From Thermoplasmata archaeon (lineage in GTDB: Archaea > Thermoplasmatota > Thermoplasmata > UBA10834), in contig JBFESP010000002.1 in assembly GCA_041548485.1 (NCBI GenBank), positions 10,632-74,631 of the forward strand: a stretch of 64,000 nucleotides of DNA, in the 5' to 3' direction. A model generated the notes under the pieces. The model was not told where the DNA came from and ran no database searches. It was given only the letters and a program-made list of their open reading frames with translations. Positions 17,923 to 28,351 of the stretch are shown piece after piece. The translations under genes and the position numbers were made by a program. Numbering within the stretch: position 1 is the first letter of the stretch; every line of letters begins with the position of its first letter.

Positions 17923-19590
17923 TCACCTATGAGTGAATACGCATCTCACCTTCGGGACGACCTGTTCCACTCGCACGAACCCGAACCTCTCCAACTGGAC
18001 GGAGGCGTCCTTCGCAGCGACTATCCCGCGCTCCGCAAAGCCCTCCCTGGTGCTGCCGTCGGTCATCAGCACCTCGGCCTCGACCGCAGCCTCCGGTGCC
18101 CAATGGGCGATTGGAACTCCTTCCTTCAGCACTCCAAGATCGTTCCCGTCATATCGCAGGGCGTCTCCGTCGTAGACGACATTGCAGAGGTCCTTGAGCC
18201 GAAGGCGTCCACCCTTCTCGGGCAAGTCGACCCTGCTGAGGTACACGGAACCACCCTTTGGCACCTCCAGCTCCCGGACACCCCTCTCCGGGTGAGCCGG
18301 GTGAAGGGAGGCTCGAGCAGCCAGGTCTGAGGACGACTCCAGCCTCAGCTTGAGGGGGTCGTCGACAAAGAAGTATCGGTTCGAAGAATCGTCGATCAGA
18401 TCCCTGTTGAAGGAGTGCAGCGTCTTCCAGGAGAACTCAATGTCGACCTCCTTCAGACCTGTCTCTACCCAGTACCGACGGATCGCCTCTGGCCTGACGC
18501 CTCGTCTCCTAAGAGCGGAGAGAGTGCCGAGTTGCGGGTCGTCCCACCCAGTATACTTTCCCTCTGCGATGCCGGTAGACATCCCGGAGGTCGAGAGCTG
18601 AGCATCCTCGATCGACACTCGGCCGTAGTGTATGTACACGGGCATCTTCCAGCCAAGGTAGTCGAAGACATACTCCTGCCTGTAGGTATTGTTGAGATGG
18701 TCTTTGCCCCTTAGGACATGCGAGAGATCGAGCTCGTGATCGTCGACTGCGACGGCCAGATTCATCAGAGGGTATACACGGTACTTCGACCCCGTCCTGG
18801 GGTGCGGGGTCTCATCTATCCTGAGCGCAACGAAGTCCCGAATCGCCGGGTTCGGATGGGCGAGGTCGGTCTTCACGACCAGGGATGCCTCCTCCTGGCC
18901 GAAGGTCCCATCGAACATCCCGTCCCATCGCGCGAGCTGGTCTGACACGGCCTGCTCTCGGTGGGGACAGGGGTTCTTCGCGTTCTTGAGGTCGCGCCAA
19001 TCATCGGGCCTGCACGTGCACACATACGCCTTCCCGAGCTCGAGAAGGCGTTTGGAGACCTCGTAGTACAGCTCGAACCTGTCGCTCTGGACGACAGTCT
19101 TGTGTATCTTCACCCCTAGCCACTCCAAGTCCGCAGGTATCGAGTCGTATCCGGCAGGATCGACCCTCGCTGGATCCGTGTCCTCGAACCTGTTGTAGCA
19201 CACACCACCATAGCGTTTGACGTACTCGTCGTTGAGGATGGCCATCCTGCTGTGACCGAGGTGGAGCGGGCCAGATGGATTCGGGGCGACGCGCATCCTC
19301 ACCTCGCCCGTCACGCCAGTCAAATCCGGGAGTTCGAGGTCCTTCGGCCTCGACCCCTTCACCAGCAGCTCGGGCGCGACATCCTCGAGGCTCCTCCTCT
19401 GGGAATCGGTGGACATCGCATTGACTTCCGATAGAACTCCCTTCGCAAGCGACGCGATCTCCTTGGCCCGCGGTCTCAGGTCAGGGTTCTCAGCCATGAC
19501 CTTTCCCAAGACTGCACCTAGATTCGCCCTTCCGTCATAAATGACGGCGTTCTGTAGGGCATACTTGCGAACGAGCGCTCGGAGGTCCAC
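17923..19590 (-). CDS. gltX: glutamyl-tRNA synthetase, archaeal type
   Basis: VRMRVAPNPSGPLHLGHSRMAILN (HIGH-type motif), about 555 aa with the archaeal or eukaryotic-type C-terminal anticodon-binding domain. Confidence 0.85.
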   Translation of the reverse strand: MDLRALVRKYALQNAVIYDGRANLGAVLGKVMAENPDLRPRAKEIASLAKGVLSEVNAMSTDSQRRSLEDVAPELLVKGSRPKDLELPDLTGVTGEVRMRVAPNPSGPLHLGHSRMAILNDEYVKRYGGVCYNRFEDTDPARVDPAGYDSIPADLEWLGVKIHKTVVQSDRFELYYEVSKRLLELGKAYVCTCRPDDWRDLKNAKNPCPHREQAVSDQLARWDGMFDGTFGQEEASLVVKTDLAHPNPAIRDFVALRIDETPHPRTGSKYRVYPLMNLAVAVDDHELDLSHVLRGKDHLNNTYRQEYVFDYLGWKMPVYIHYGRVSIEDAQLSTSGMSTGIAEGKYTGWDDPQLGTLSALRRRGVRPEAIRRYWVETGLKEVDIEFSWKTLHSFNRDLIDDSSNRYFFVDDPLKLRLESSSDLAARASLHPAHPERGVRELEVPKGGSVYLSRVDLPEKGGRLRLKDLCNVVYDGDALRYDGNDLGVLKEGVPIAHWAPEAAVEAEVLMTDGSTREGFAERGIVAAKDASVQLERFGFVRVEQVVPKVRCVFTHR

Positions 19591-19866
19591 GGTCTCTCGA
19601 TGGATGGGTATCTATAAAAAAGGTGCCAACTACCCTGCCCTGAAGAGCGGGCTAACCTTGGAGACGGTCCCATGGACAGACGACGCCGGCGGCCACGGCA
19701 ACGTACCGTCCAACACGCTTCCGGACGGACTCGCGATGAGCGGGACTAAGACTGATGACTGGCCAGGAGCGGCAAAGAGCGTCCGCATGAAGGCAGCCTC
19801 GGACACGAAAGGATAGATATACGCTCTCGGGCATCCAGAACCGGTGATCTTCTGTCCATCAGGTCC

Positions 19867-21117
19867 ATGCTGGAAGGTCTCGAGGAGACCGTTGTTGTGA
19901 AGGGACGGGTCTCTCGCGACCTGGAAGTCACGAAGTATCTTCTGAAAGCCAAGGACAACCCTGTCTTCTTCGAGAACCTCGACGGACACAAGGCAATCGG
20001 GAACCTCTGGGCCAGACGTGAACGGGTCGCGGAGGCCCTCAAGACGGCGCCGGAGGAGCTGTCGCTCAGGATGCTCGAGGCGATGGATTCGCCGACCACT
20101 CCTCAGGAGATCGACCGGGCGCCGTTCGAGGAGAACGTGCTCACGGAGTTCGACCTCAGAGAGTCGGCGATACCCAAGTTCTACCAAGGGGACGGGGGAA
20201 GGTACATCACAGCTGGCGTCGTCATAACGGAGCTGGACGGCAAGAAGAACTTGTCGTTCCACAGGATGATGCTGATAGGGGAGAAGCAGCTCGCGATACG
20301 CGTGGTCCCGAGGCACCTGCACGCGCTCCACAAGAGAGCGGTGGCTGTAGGGGAGGAGCTGAAGGTTGCCGTGGCAATCGGCCTGTGTCCGTCTGTCCTT
20401 CTGGCTGCAGCCACGACGGTGGAGCTCGGGAAGGATGAGCTGGCGATTGCGAACACCCTGAGACAACTCTGCCTCGGAGAACCAGTTGCGGTACGGAGAA
20501 CCGAGAGCGGGCTGCTCGTCCCCGCGTACGCGGAGTACGTGTTGGAGGGGAGGCTGACTGACAGACTCACGGATGAGGGACCCTTCGTGGACATCACCGG
20601 GACCCAGGACTCTGTCAGGAAGCAGCCGGTGGTCGAGATAGACCGAATCTACTACAGGGACGACGCTATATTCCAGATCATACTTCCGGGCGCCGACGAA
20701 CACTACCTGATGATGGGGCTACCTAGAGAACCCGTGATCAGGAAGGCGGTCGGGGTAGCCGTACCTGAGGTGCACGGTGTCAGACTCACCGAGGGGGGAT
20801 GTTGCTGGCTCCACGGAGTGGTCTCAATAACCAAGCAGAGGGAGGGCGACGGTGTGAACGCCATAATGGCCGCACTGGGAGCGCACACATCGATGAAGCT
20901 CGTCACGGTCGTAGACGACGACATCGACATCTACGACGACCGTGAAGTCGAGTGGGCGGTCGCCACCAGGTTCCAGAGGCACAAGGGCCTCGTGACTGTA
21001 AGGAAGGCGAGAGGAAGCAGCCTCGACCCCAGCGCGGACGAAACCACGACCAAGATCGGCATCGACGCCACGAAACCGATCGGCGGCGTTGGCTTCGATC
21101 GCGTCCAACCCTCCTGA
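19867..21117 (+). CDS. UbiD-family (prenylated-FMN dependent) decarboxylase
   Basis: DGGRYITAGVVITELDGKKNLSFHRMMLIG and HYLMMGLPREP motifs, typical of 3-octaprenyl-4-hydroxybenzoate carboxy-lyase-like enzymes. About 416 aa. Confidence 0.8.
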   Translation: MLEGLEETVVVKGRVSRDLEVTKYLLKAKDNPVFFENLDGHKAIGNLWARRERVAEALKTAPEELSLRMLEAMDSPTTPQEIDRAPFEENVLTEFDLRESAIPKFYQGDGGRYITAGVVITELDGKKNLSFHRMMLIGEKQLAIRVVPRHLHALHKRAVAVGEELKVAVAIGLCPSVLLAAATTVELGKDELAIANTLRQLCLGEPVAVRRTESGLLVPAYAEYVLEGRLTDRLTDEGPFVDITGTQDSVRKQPVVEIDRIYYRDDAIFQIILPGADEHYLMMGLPREPVIRKAVGVAVPEVHGVRLTEGGCCWLHGVVSITKQREGDGVNAIMAALGAHTSMKLVTVVDDDIDIYDDREVEWAVATRFQRHKGLVTVRKARGSSLDPSADETTTKIGIDATKPIGGVGFDRVQPS

Positions 21118-21200
21118 GCGGAGGAGGCTCAGATATCGCGGTGTCAGGCGGAAACTCTTAAATACAGTTCCGTCCTCACAAATACCAGAGGCATGGGACC

Positions 21201-21518
21201 ATGGTTACAATAACGCCGAAGGCCTGCGAGACAATCAAATCGATTATCGCGGAAGAGAAGAAGAACGATCCAATCAGAATAGTGTTCGCCGGGTACTCGT
21301 GTTCCGGTCCTTCATTCATGATGGCTTTTGACAAGAAGAAGGGCGACGACCTTGAACTCAAAGAAGATGGCATCACCCTGATCTACGAGAAGGGACTCGA
21401 GGAGAACCTCAAAGACGCGACGATAGACTCCGTCGACACCCCTCAGGGACCTGGAGTGGTCGTAAGAGTCAAAACCGCCGAAGGAAGCTGCGGAAGCACA
21501 TGCGCTGGATGCCACTAG
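21201..21518 (+). CDS. HesB/IscA-family Fe-S cluster insertion protein
   Basis: ITPKACETIKSII, GYSCSGPSF and C-terminal CGSTCAGC resemble the three conserved cysteines of A-type carriers. Confidence 0.55.
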   Translation: MVTITPKACETIKSIIAEEKKNDPIRIVFAGYSCSGPSFMMAFDKKKGDDLELKEDGITLIYEKGLEENLKDATIDSVDTPQGPGVVVRVKTAEGSCGSTCAGCH

Positions 21519-21572
21519 ATTCGGCTATCTTTCCGGAAAGGTTACATAAGCAGGAGCGGTTGTCAGAGATTC

Positions 21573-23882
21573 GTGTTCCTTGAGCACGACCTGATCACAC
21601 CATCCAGTATAGAGTTCAGAGAGTATCAGTCGAACATCGCTCATGCTGCACTTGAGGAGTCGACGTTGGTGGTCCTCCCGACGGGCATGGGGAAGACCAT
21701 CGTAGCACTGTTTGTCATAGCGGAGGTGTTGAAATCAAAGCGAGGGAGGGTGCTCTTCATGGCGCCCACCAAGCCGCTCGTCGAGCAGCACGCGAAGTTC
21801 CTGAGGGATAATCTGATGGGCCACGAACCGGTGGTCTTCACAGGGGAGGTTACCCCCGAGGAACGCAAGAATCTCTGGACCAGCAGCAGGCTGATAGTGT
21901 CAACCCCACAGGTCGTGGCGAACGACCTGGAATCCGACATCGTGGACATATCCGAGATAGACCTCGTCGTATTCGACGAGGCGCATCGGGCGGCCGGGGA
22001 TTACGCATACGTCGCCATCGGCAAGGCGTTCACGGAACGAGGCGGTCTCTCCCTCGGAATGACCGCGTCCCCCGGGTCAGATGTCTCTAAGATAGCTGAG
22101 GTCTGCGAGAACCTCGGCATCACCTGGGTCGAGATCCGGTCGGAGTTCGACGACGACGTCGTCGAATACATACAACAGGTCAAGACGGAGTTCATCGGCG
22201 TTGGGATGCAGGAGGGGATGTCCGGGATTATATCGCTCCTGAAGAAGATTCTCGACGAACAGATCGCCAAGCTGCGCGCCGCTGGACTCTTGGACCCGAA
22301 GAAACCCGTCACGACCCGGGACCTGCTCGCCGCAGGCGCGACCATAAGGGCACAGCTGAATTCGGGAAAGAAGTCGTACAGTCTGTTCAGCACAGCGAGC
22401 GTACAGGCGCTCGCCATGAAGGTCAACCACGGCATCGAACTGGCCGAGACGCAGGGCAGAGGCGCCCTCGAGAGCTATCTGGACAAACTGGTCAGGCAAG
22501 CCGAAGAGAACAAGCGTTCGAAAGCCTCCAGGACCCTGGTGAAGGACTTTCGCTTCCAGCAGGCGAGGGAGCAGCTCCACCTGATGGTGAACGACCATCC
22601 AAAACTCGACGAGCTCATTCCTATACTGAGAACGCAGTTCGCGGGGAAGCCAGAGTCCAGGGCGATAGTGTTCACACATTACCGGGACACGTGCGACCAG
22701 ATCACGAAACGCCTGGAAGATATTGAGGGGGTCAGGCCGGTAAGGTTCGTCGGCCAGGCCAGCAAGGGCGAGGACATTGGACTCAAGCAGAAGGAACAGC
22801 GAGAGGTCATAGAATCGTTCCAGGAGGGGAGATACAACGCCCTCGTCGCGACATCGATCGCCGAGGAGGGACTGGACATCCCGGCGACGGACCTCGTGGT
22901 GTTCTACGAGCCAGTGCCTTCGGAGATACGCACCATCCAGCGGAGGGGGAGGACGGGAAGGAGGCAGGCGGGCAGGGTGATCGTCCTCGTGACGAAGGGC
23001 ACGAAGGACGAGGCGTACCTCTGGTCCTCCCGGAAGAAAGAGATGCAGATGCGCAGAGAGCTCGACGAGCTCAGGAGGAAGCTCCGGGCGCGCAGGGGGT
23101 TGCCAGAGAAGGCAGGCTCGAAGGGCACGCTCGGCCGCGAGGAGATCTCAGAGATGATGACCCCACGTGTGCTCACCGAGCGGGGGGAGCTGTCTAGGAA
23201 GACAGCGGATAGACCCGGCCAGAGATCGCTGTCGCAGTACGGGGAGGACGGTGGACACATCCTTAGAGTATCCGGAAGAATTGCAGGCACGACAGTTGCC
23301 GCAGAGCTTGAGAAGGCCGGATTCAACCTCGAGGACGAAGACATGGAGGTCGCGGATGTGGTCGTATCAAACAGGGTGGCGGTCACCATCAGGACTGTCC
23401 AGGAATTCATACGCGCGATCTCCGACGGAACGATGTTCTCCCATCTCGGCGAGATGAATCGCCGGTACAGGAAACCCATATTGATCGTGCAAGGTCCGTC
23501 TGAGGGGAAGGGCGCCCAGGCAGTGAACGCTGCGATATTCAACGCCCTCGACGGGCTTCTCTCGGAGTTCGGCATGCCGGTGCTCTCCACGCTGAATGCG
23601 GGTGAGACTGTCGAGGCGCTCTCCGCACTCCACAGGCAGGAGGATGTGCACGGAGGAGTCGGGCGGGAAGGCCAGACAACCCTGGGCCCGTCCGATGGGC
23701 AGCTCTTCCTGGTGCAGGGGCTACCGAACGTGTCCGCCACGCTGGCGCAGCGGCTTCTGGAAAGGTTCGGTGGCGTCGATGGCATCGCGGACGCGACGCC
23801 CGAACAGCTGACTGAGGTCGAGGGTGTGGGAAGGGTTATTGCAGAAGGGATTCATACAGTGAAGCGGAAGAGGTTCGACTAA
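21573..23882 (+). CDS. hef: Hef/FANCM-like helicase-nuclease (DEAH helicase + ERCC4-like domain + HhH2)
   Basis: LVVLPTGMGKT (motif I), VFDEAHRAAG (motif II), helicase C motifs (TSIAEEGLDIP, QRRGRTGR). The C-terminal ERCC4-like region ADVVVSNRVAVTIRTVQEF sits where GDxxxSxRVAxERKxxxDF is expected. HhH2 (LVQGLPNVSATLAQRLLERFGGVDGIADA). Confidence 0.8.
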   Translation: MFLEHDLITPSSIEFREYQSNIAHAALEESTLVVLPTGMGKTIVALFVIAEVLKSKRGRVLFMAPTKPLVEQHAKFLRDNLMGHEPVVFTGEVTPEERKNLWTSSRLIVSTPQVVANDLESDIVDISEIDLVVFDEAHRAAGDYAYVAIGKAFTERGGLSLGMTASPGSDVSKIAEVCENLGITWVEIRSEFDDDVVEYIQQVKTEFIGVGMQEGMSGIISLLKKILDEQIAKLRAAGLLDPKKPVTTRDLLAAGATIRAQLNSGKKSYSLFSTASVQALAMKVNHGIELAETQGRGALESYLDKLVRQAEENKRSKASRTLVKDFRFQQAREQLHLMVNDHPKLDELIPILRTQFAGKPESRAIVFTHYRDTCDQITKRLEDIEGVRPVRFVGQASKGEDIGLKQKEQREVIESFQEGRYNALVATSIAEEGLDIPATDLVVFYEPVPSEIRTIQRRGRTGRRQAGRVIVLVTKGTKDEAYLWSSRKKEMQMRRELDELRRKLRARRGLPEKAGSKGTLGREEISEMMTPRVLTERGELSRKTADRPGQRSLSQYGEDGGHILRVSGRIAGTTVAAELEKAGFNLEDEDMEVADVVVSNRVAVTIRTVQEFIRAISDGTMFSHLGEMNRRYRKPILIVQGPSEGKGAQAVNAAIFNALDGLLSEFGMPVLSTLNAGETVEALSALHRQEDVHGGVGREGQTTLGPSDGQLFLVQGLPNVSATLAQRLLERFGGVDGIADATPEQLTEVEGVGRVIAEGIHTVKRKRFD

Positions 23883-23894
23883 GAGGTGGTTAAC

Positions 23895-24068
23895 ATGGCG
23901 GAGAAGAAGTGCCCTCTTTGCGACAACAACTGCCTGCTCAAAATCATCGCGACGAAGGACGAACGGCTGTGCGAGGTCGATGTCTGCTCCATGTGCGGCG
24001 CCACTTATCCCCACGAGAAGGGCGGCGGAGACGCGAAGGCCATTGATGCAGAAGACGAGGGGCGATAG
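23895..24068 (+). CDS. small zinc-ribbon protein (CPLC...C...CSMC)
   Basis: 58-aa ORF with two CxxC pairs, lying between hef and rpoL. Confidence 0.4.
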   Translation: MAEKKCPLCDNNCLLKIIATKDERLCEVDVCSMCGATYPHEKGGGDAKAIDAEDEGR

Positions 24069-24150
24069 GCGGCGTCAGGCATGCTGGCCATGCGGACCAT
24101 GCGGCAGCAAGCTTTATGAACCGATTGACTATACGAGGGGTTCGAGCATC

Positions 24151-24426
24151 ATGGAACTCAAGCTCATAGAGAAGAAGAAGAACCTCATGAGGATAGAGGT
24201 CGAGGATGCCGATGAGACGTTGGTGTACCCTCTGATACACGAGCTGATGCAGGACACGAACGTCGAGGATGCGAGATACTCGACAGGGCATCCGCAGCTC
24301 GACAAAGCGGTCCTGACCGTCGTCGTCAAGGACGGAAAGCCGCAAGCTGCCCTCAAGAAGGCCGCGAAGTCGCTCGCGAACCAGTACCTCGAGGCCAGGC
24401 AGCTGATAGAGAAGCAGCTTGGTTGA
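24151..24426 (+). CDS. rpoL: DNA-directed RNA polymerase subunit L (Rpb11 homologue)
   Basis: MELKLIEKKKNLMRIEVEDADETLVYPLIHELMQDTNVEDARYSTGHPQLD matches the RpoL/Rpb11 fold sequence pattern. About 91 aa. Confidence 0.8.
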   Translation: MELKLIEKKKNLMRIEVEDADETLVYPLIHELMQDTNVEDARYSTGHPQLDKAVLTVVVKDGKPQAALKKAAKSLANQYLEARQLIEKQLG

Positions 24427-24483
24427 CCCTGCGGTCGTTGACCCCGAAAGTTATTACTCCTATTCACTGGATTCTGCAGATGT

Positions 24484-25767
24484 ATGACTGAGGAAGCGGA
24501 CCTCGGCCTGGAGACATTCCTGAGCCGAGATATCCCCGGCATAGGGGGGAAGCTCCGGATGACTCCGGAGGATTTCGTGGTGGATGAGATCTCGATCCAC
24601 CCCTCGGAAACACCCTCTGGACAGATTGTCATCGCGCGCGTGTGGCACCGCAACTGGGAGGCTAACAGGCTCGTAAGAAGGCTTGGCAGCAACCTGAGGG
24701 TCGGGCGCGGAAGCATAGGATTCGCAGGCACCAAGGACGGGCGGTCGGTCGCGACGCAGCTGATGTCGTTCAGAGCGGACATCGAAGCTGTCCGAGCGCT
24801 CGAGATACCTGACGTGCGCATACTGGAGGCCTACAGGTCGAACAGGATGATCTCGATCGGAGACCTCATCGGCAACAGATTCTCGGTCAGAGTCTCCGAT
24901 GTCGGATGCGACGGGGGCGTCCGTGAGACGTGTGACGCAGTCAGAGGGGAACTGGAAAGCATAGGCGGGTTCCCCAACTTCTTCGGGGTTCAGAGGTTCG
25001 GATCTGTCAGGCCCATCACACACCAGATAGGTAGAGACCTGGTCAGAGGTGACATAGAGGGGGCGGTCATGAAGTATGTGGCCAATCCGCTGGGAGATGG
25101 CTCAGAGGGCGACGATGCCCGACGAGCGCTCCAGGAAACCAGGGACTTCGAGAGGGCGGCGAAGGAACTCCCTACCAGGTTCACCTTCGAGAGGACAATG
25201 GTCGCGTATCTGGTGGAACGCCCTGGGGACTACATCGGCGCACTCAGGCGACTGCCGAGGAACCTGCTGATGATGTTCGTCCACGCCTATCAATCGTTCA
25301 TGTTCAACAGAATCCTCAGCGAGAGGATGCGGAGAGGCCTCCCAGTACACGAACCGATCGAGGGTGATTTCGTGCTCCCCCTCGACAAGAACGGCGTCCC
25401 CGACCATGACAATCCCATTGACGTCACAGAGGACAATATCGACAAGGCGCGGAGGAACGCTGCGGAGGGGAAAGCCTTCGTCGGCGGCATTCTATACGGC
25501 ACGGACTCGACCTTTGCGGAAGGGATCATGGGTGAGATTGAGCGCAACGTGGTGGAGATGGAGAAGATCGAAGCGCGGGACTTCCAGATCGTAGGCCTGA
25601 GAGAAGCATCCTCCAGGGGTTCCAGACGGGAGCTTCTTGCGCCCGTGAGAGACCTTACAATCGACCACGCCGATGACGGCGTGCTCTTCACCTTCTCGCT
25701 CAACAAGGGCTGCTACGCCACCTGCCTACTGAGGGAGTTCATGAAGGCGGGGGTCTCGCAGTACTGA
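24484..25767 (+). CDS. truD: tRNA pseudouridine synthase TruD/Pus7 family
   Basis: FAGTKDGRSVATQ (GxKD catalytic Asp motif) and overall TruD length and architecture. Confidence 0.7.
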   Translation: MTEEADLGLETFLSRDIPGIGGKLRMTPEDFVVDEISIHPSETPSGQIVIARVWHRNWEANRLVRRLGSNLRVGRGSIGFAGTKDGRSVATQLMSFRADIEAVRALEIPDVRILEAYRSNRMISIGDLIGNRFSVRVSDVGCDGGVRETCDAVRGELESIGGFPNFFGVQRFGSVRPITHQIGRDLVRGDIEGAVMKYVANPLGDGSEGDDARRALQETRDFERAAKELPTRFTFERTMVAYLVERPGDYIGALRRLPRNLLMMFVHAYQSFMFNRILSERMRRGLPVHEPIEGDFVLPLDKNGVPDHDNPIDVTEDNIDKARRNAAEGKAFVGGILYGTDSTFAEGIMGEIERNVVEMEKIEARDFQIVGLREASSRGSRRELLAPVRDLTIDHADDGVLFTFSLNKGCYATCLLREFMKAGVSQY

Positions 25768-25816
25768 ATCTGGCGACCAACACAAACTAGGTCAACTCGC
25801 GCATCCATATGCTCGG

Positions 25817-26005
25817 ATGATGTCACCGTTGAAGAAGAGCCGGAGAAGACCGAAGTCGGTCCTGACGTGTCCCCAGTGCGGCTCAGCTGACCTCTACTAC
25901 GAGGCCGCGCTGATCACGGGATACAAGTATCACTGCAAGAAATGCGGATACATCGGCCCCTTCGTCATCGAGAAAGACCTGCCGGGCGAGGAGCCCGAAG
26001 AGTAG
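25817..26005 (+). CDS. small zinc-ribbon protein (CPQCG...CKKCG)
   Basis: 62-aa ORF with two CxxC pairs. Confidence 0.4.
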   Translation: MMSPLKKSRRRPKSVLTCPQCGSADLYYEAALITGYKYHCKKCGYIGPFVIEKDLPGEEPEE

Positions 26006-26010
26006 TGGTC

Positions 26011-27234
26011 TCAGGCGAACATCGGCCCGGACTCGAGGACCCTCTGGTCGCCTTCGTCCAACACCTTGGATATGGCCTTCTCAAGATCGGACATGGTCAC
26101 GATGTCACGGTTCTCGCGTATGGCGAACATGCCCGCCTCGGTGCATATGGCCTTGATGTCTGCGCCCGTGGCGCCGTCGGCCTTCCCAACGAAGTCTTCT
26201 ATGACGACCGTCTCGTCAAGGTTCATGCGCCGGGAGTGAATCTTGAATATCTCGACCCTGGCGTCGTAGCCGGGTATGGGTATCTCGATTATCCTGTCAA
26301 ATCGTCCTGGCCTCAACAGGGCCTCGTCTAGTATGTCCGGCCTGTTCGTTGCGCCGACGATCTTGACGTCGCCGAGCGGGTTGAACCCGTCGAGCTCCGC
26401 CAGTATCTGCATGAGAGTGCGTTGGACCTCGCGGTCGCCTGACGTGGCCAGCTCGAGCCGCTTCGCCCCGACGCTGTCCAGCTCGTCTATGAATACTATC
26501 GAAGGGGCCTTCTGCCGTGCGAGGTCGAAGAGCTCTCTTACCAGTCGAGCGCCTTCGCCGATGTACTTCTGAACGAGTTCCGAACCGACGAATCGAATGA
26601 ACGTCGCGTTGGTCTGTCTCGCCACGGCCTTCGCCAGGAGTGTCTTCCCGGTTCCAGGGGGACCCACCAATAGCACACCCTTCGGAGGATCGATCCCCAC
26701 GCGCTTGTAGAGTTCCGGCCTCAGGAGAGGGTCCTCGACAGCCTCCCTTATCTCGACAATCTGCTCCTGCAGGCCGCCGATGTCGTCGTACAGTGTCTCG
26801 GGCTTCTCTATGATCTCGGCACCCACGACTATCGGGTCCAGAGATGCTGGCAACACACCCATGACGGCCAGCGTCTGCTTGTTCAGGGCCACGCGGGCGC
26901 CCACCTCCATCAACTCGGTGGAAACGTAATCGGAAGTGTTGACGACGAAATCTGGACCCGTGGAACTCTTCACTACCACGCGGCCGTCCGCCAGGATGTC
27001 TTTGATCTGACCGATTATTAGGGGAGGGGCCTTCAGTCTCTCGAGTTCCGCCTTCAGGCGCTTGAGCTCCTTCTGCAGCCTTATCAGCTCACCCTCGACG
27101 AACCGCTTCTCACCCTCGACTCTGCGAGCTTCCTCTACTAACTCTAGGTTCCTTTCCTCAAGTACCGACGATCGTCTCTGTATCTCGTCGTACAGCTCTG
27201 AAGATTGCTCAGTTGGCAATGCGGTGCACCCCAT
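26011..27234 (-). CDS. pan: proteasome-activating nucleotidase (AAA+ ATPase)
   Basis: N-terminal coiled coil ([16 protein letters not shown]), OB domain, Walker [16 protein letters not shown], Walker B VFIDELD, 407 aa. Confidence 0.9.
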   Translation of the reverse strand: MGCTALPTEQSSELYDEIQRRSSVLEERNLELVEEARRVEGEKRFVEGELIRLQKELKRLKAELERLKAPPLIIGQIKDILADGRVVVKSSTGPDFVVNTSDYVSTELMEVGARVALNKQTLAVMGVLPASLDPIVVGAEIIEKPETLYDDIGGLQEQIVEIREAVEDPLLRPELYKRVGIDPPKGVLLVGPPGTGKTLLAKAVARQTNATFIRFVGSELVQKYIGEGARLVRELFDLARQKAPSIVFIDELDSVGAKRLELATSGDREVQRTLMQILAELDGFNPLGDVKIVGATNRPDILDEALLRPGRFDRIIEIPIPGYDARVEIFKIHSRRMNLDETVVIEDFVGKADGATGADIKAICTEAGMFAIRENRDIVTMSDLEKAISKVLDEGDQRVLESGPMFA

Positions 27235-27332
27235 TCTTGAAGGCTAGTCTCGCGGCCCGACCAGATTTATAACGATATAAGGTTAAATACTCTATTTATC
27301 CTTTGCTGACTCTGTCTAGAAGTGTGTTTTTC

Positions 27333-27830
27333 ATGGTCTGCGAGTTGTGCGGCAAGGACGTCACCTTCTGCAAGAAGGTGGTGATAGAGGGTGTGCTACT
27401 AGGGGTTTGCGCCGAATGTGCAAAATTCGGCACTGAGGCAGAGAAAGGGCGACACGCTCCCGCAGGCCCGCAACCCGTTATCGAGCAGCGCCTTGAGCGA
27501 AGGGAGAAACGGCAGAAGCAGCGGGATGTCTATTCCGACGGTGGACAGGAGGTCCTCGTCGACGACTATGGCGCTCGGGTCAGGAACGCACGCTCGCGCA
27601 CAGGGATGACGCAGAAGGAGCTCGCGTCCAAGCTGAACGAGAAGCTGACCGTCGTGAGCAAGGTCGAGTCCGGAGTCGTCAGACCCGATGAGAAGCTCAT
27701 AAGGAAACTACAGAAGGAGCTCGGAATCGTTCTCAAGGAGACACCTCCGCCCGATGTAGACGTCAAATCTACTTCGTCGGGCCTCGGGTCGCTCACGCTT
27801 GCAGATCTCATCAAGATGAAAGGGAAGTGA
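27333..27830 (+). CDS. archaeal MBF1-like HTH transcription factor with an N-terminal zinc ribbon
   Basis: CELCGKD...CAECAKFG zinc ribbon followed by an XRE/MBF1-type HTH (MTQKELASKLNEKLTVVSKVESG). Confidence 0.65.
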   Translation: MVCELCGKDVTFCKKVVIEGVLLGVCAECAKFGTEAEKGRHAPAGPQPVIEQRLERREKRQKQRDVYSDGGQEVLVDDYGARVRNARSRTGMTQKELASKLNEKLTVVSKVESGVVRPDEKLIRKLQKELGIVLKETPPPDVDVKSTSSGLGSLTLADLIKMKGK

Positions 27831-27859
27831 CGCCCCTCAGCGGATGACCGGAGAAATGG

Positions 27860-28351
27860 TCAGCCGCGATGGCTCTCTCGCCCCAGAACCTCGCTTGCCG
27901 CACGCTCGATGAAAGCGCCGTCGACGTCGACCCCGTAGTCGCCTGCCACGAGTAGCGCTGCAGGCTCTATGTCGATGCCCATCATCTCCTGCTTCCTGTT
28001 CACCTTTGAGACGATCTCGCGCTTCGGCACGGACATGGACTTCGATATCGTCTCGACTATCTCGGAGAAGAGGTCTCTCGAGCGCTTCTTCGCTGTCTGC
28101 TTGAGCGCATCGGGTGTTGGCTTGTAGTCTATTGGGATATCAATCCCGCTGAAATCGAATGTGGGCAGGAGGTTGCCGTCTATCCTCTTCAGGAAACCTG
28201 CGGTGAGGCCCGCATCGAGCAGCTTCTGCGCGTCCTTCGGCGAGAACCATCTGAGGTCCATCGAGGCTGAGAACACGAATTCCTTCTCCGTCAGAACCTC
28301 CTTGCCCTTCCTCCTGAAGAGAACTGCTATGCTTCTCTGAACTTCACTCAT
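27860..28351 (-). CDS. conserved archaeal hypothetical protein
   Basis: 163-aa ORF with no recognisable catalytic motif. Overlaps the downstream gene by a few nt. Confidence 0.45.
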   Translation of the reverse strand: MSEVQRSIAVLFRRKGKEVLTEKEFVFSASMDLRWFSPKDAQKLLDAGLTAGFLKRIDGNLLPTFDFSGIDIPIDYKPTPDALKQTAKKRSRDLFSEIVETISKSMSVPKREIVSKVNRKQEMMGIDIEPAALLVAGDYGVDVDGAFIERAASEVLGRESHRG

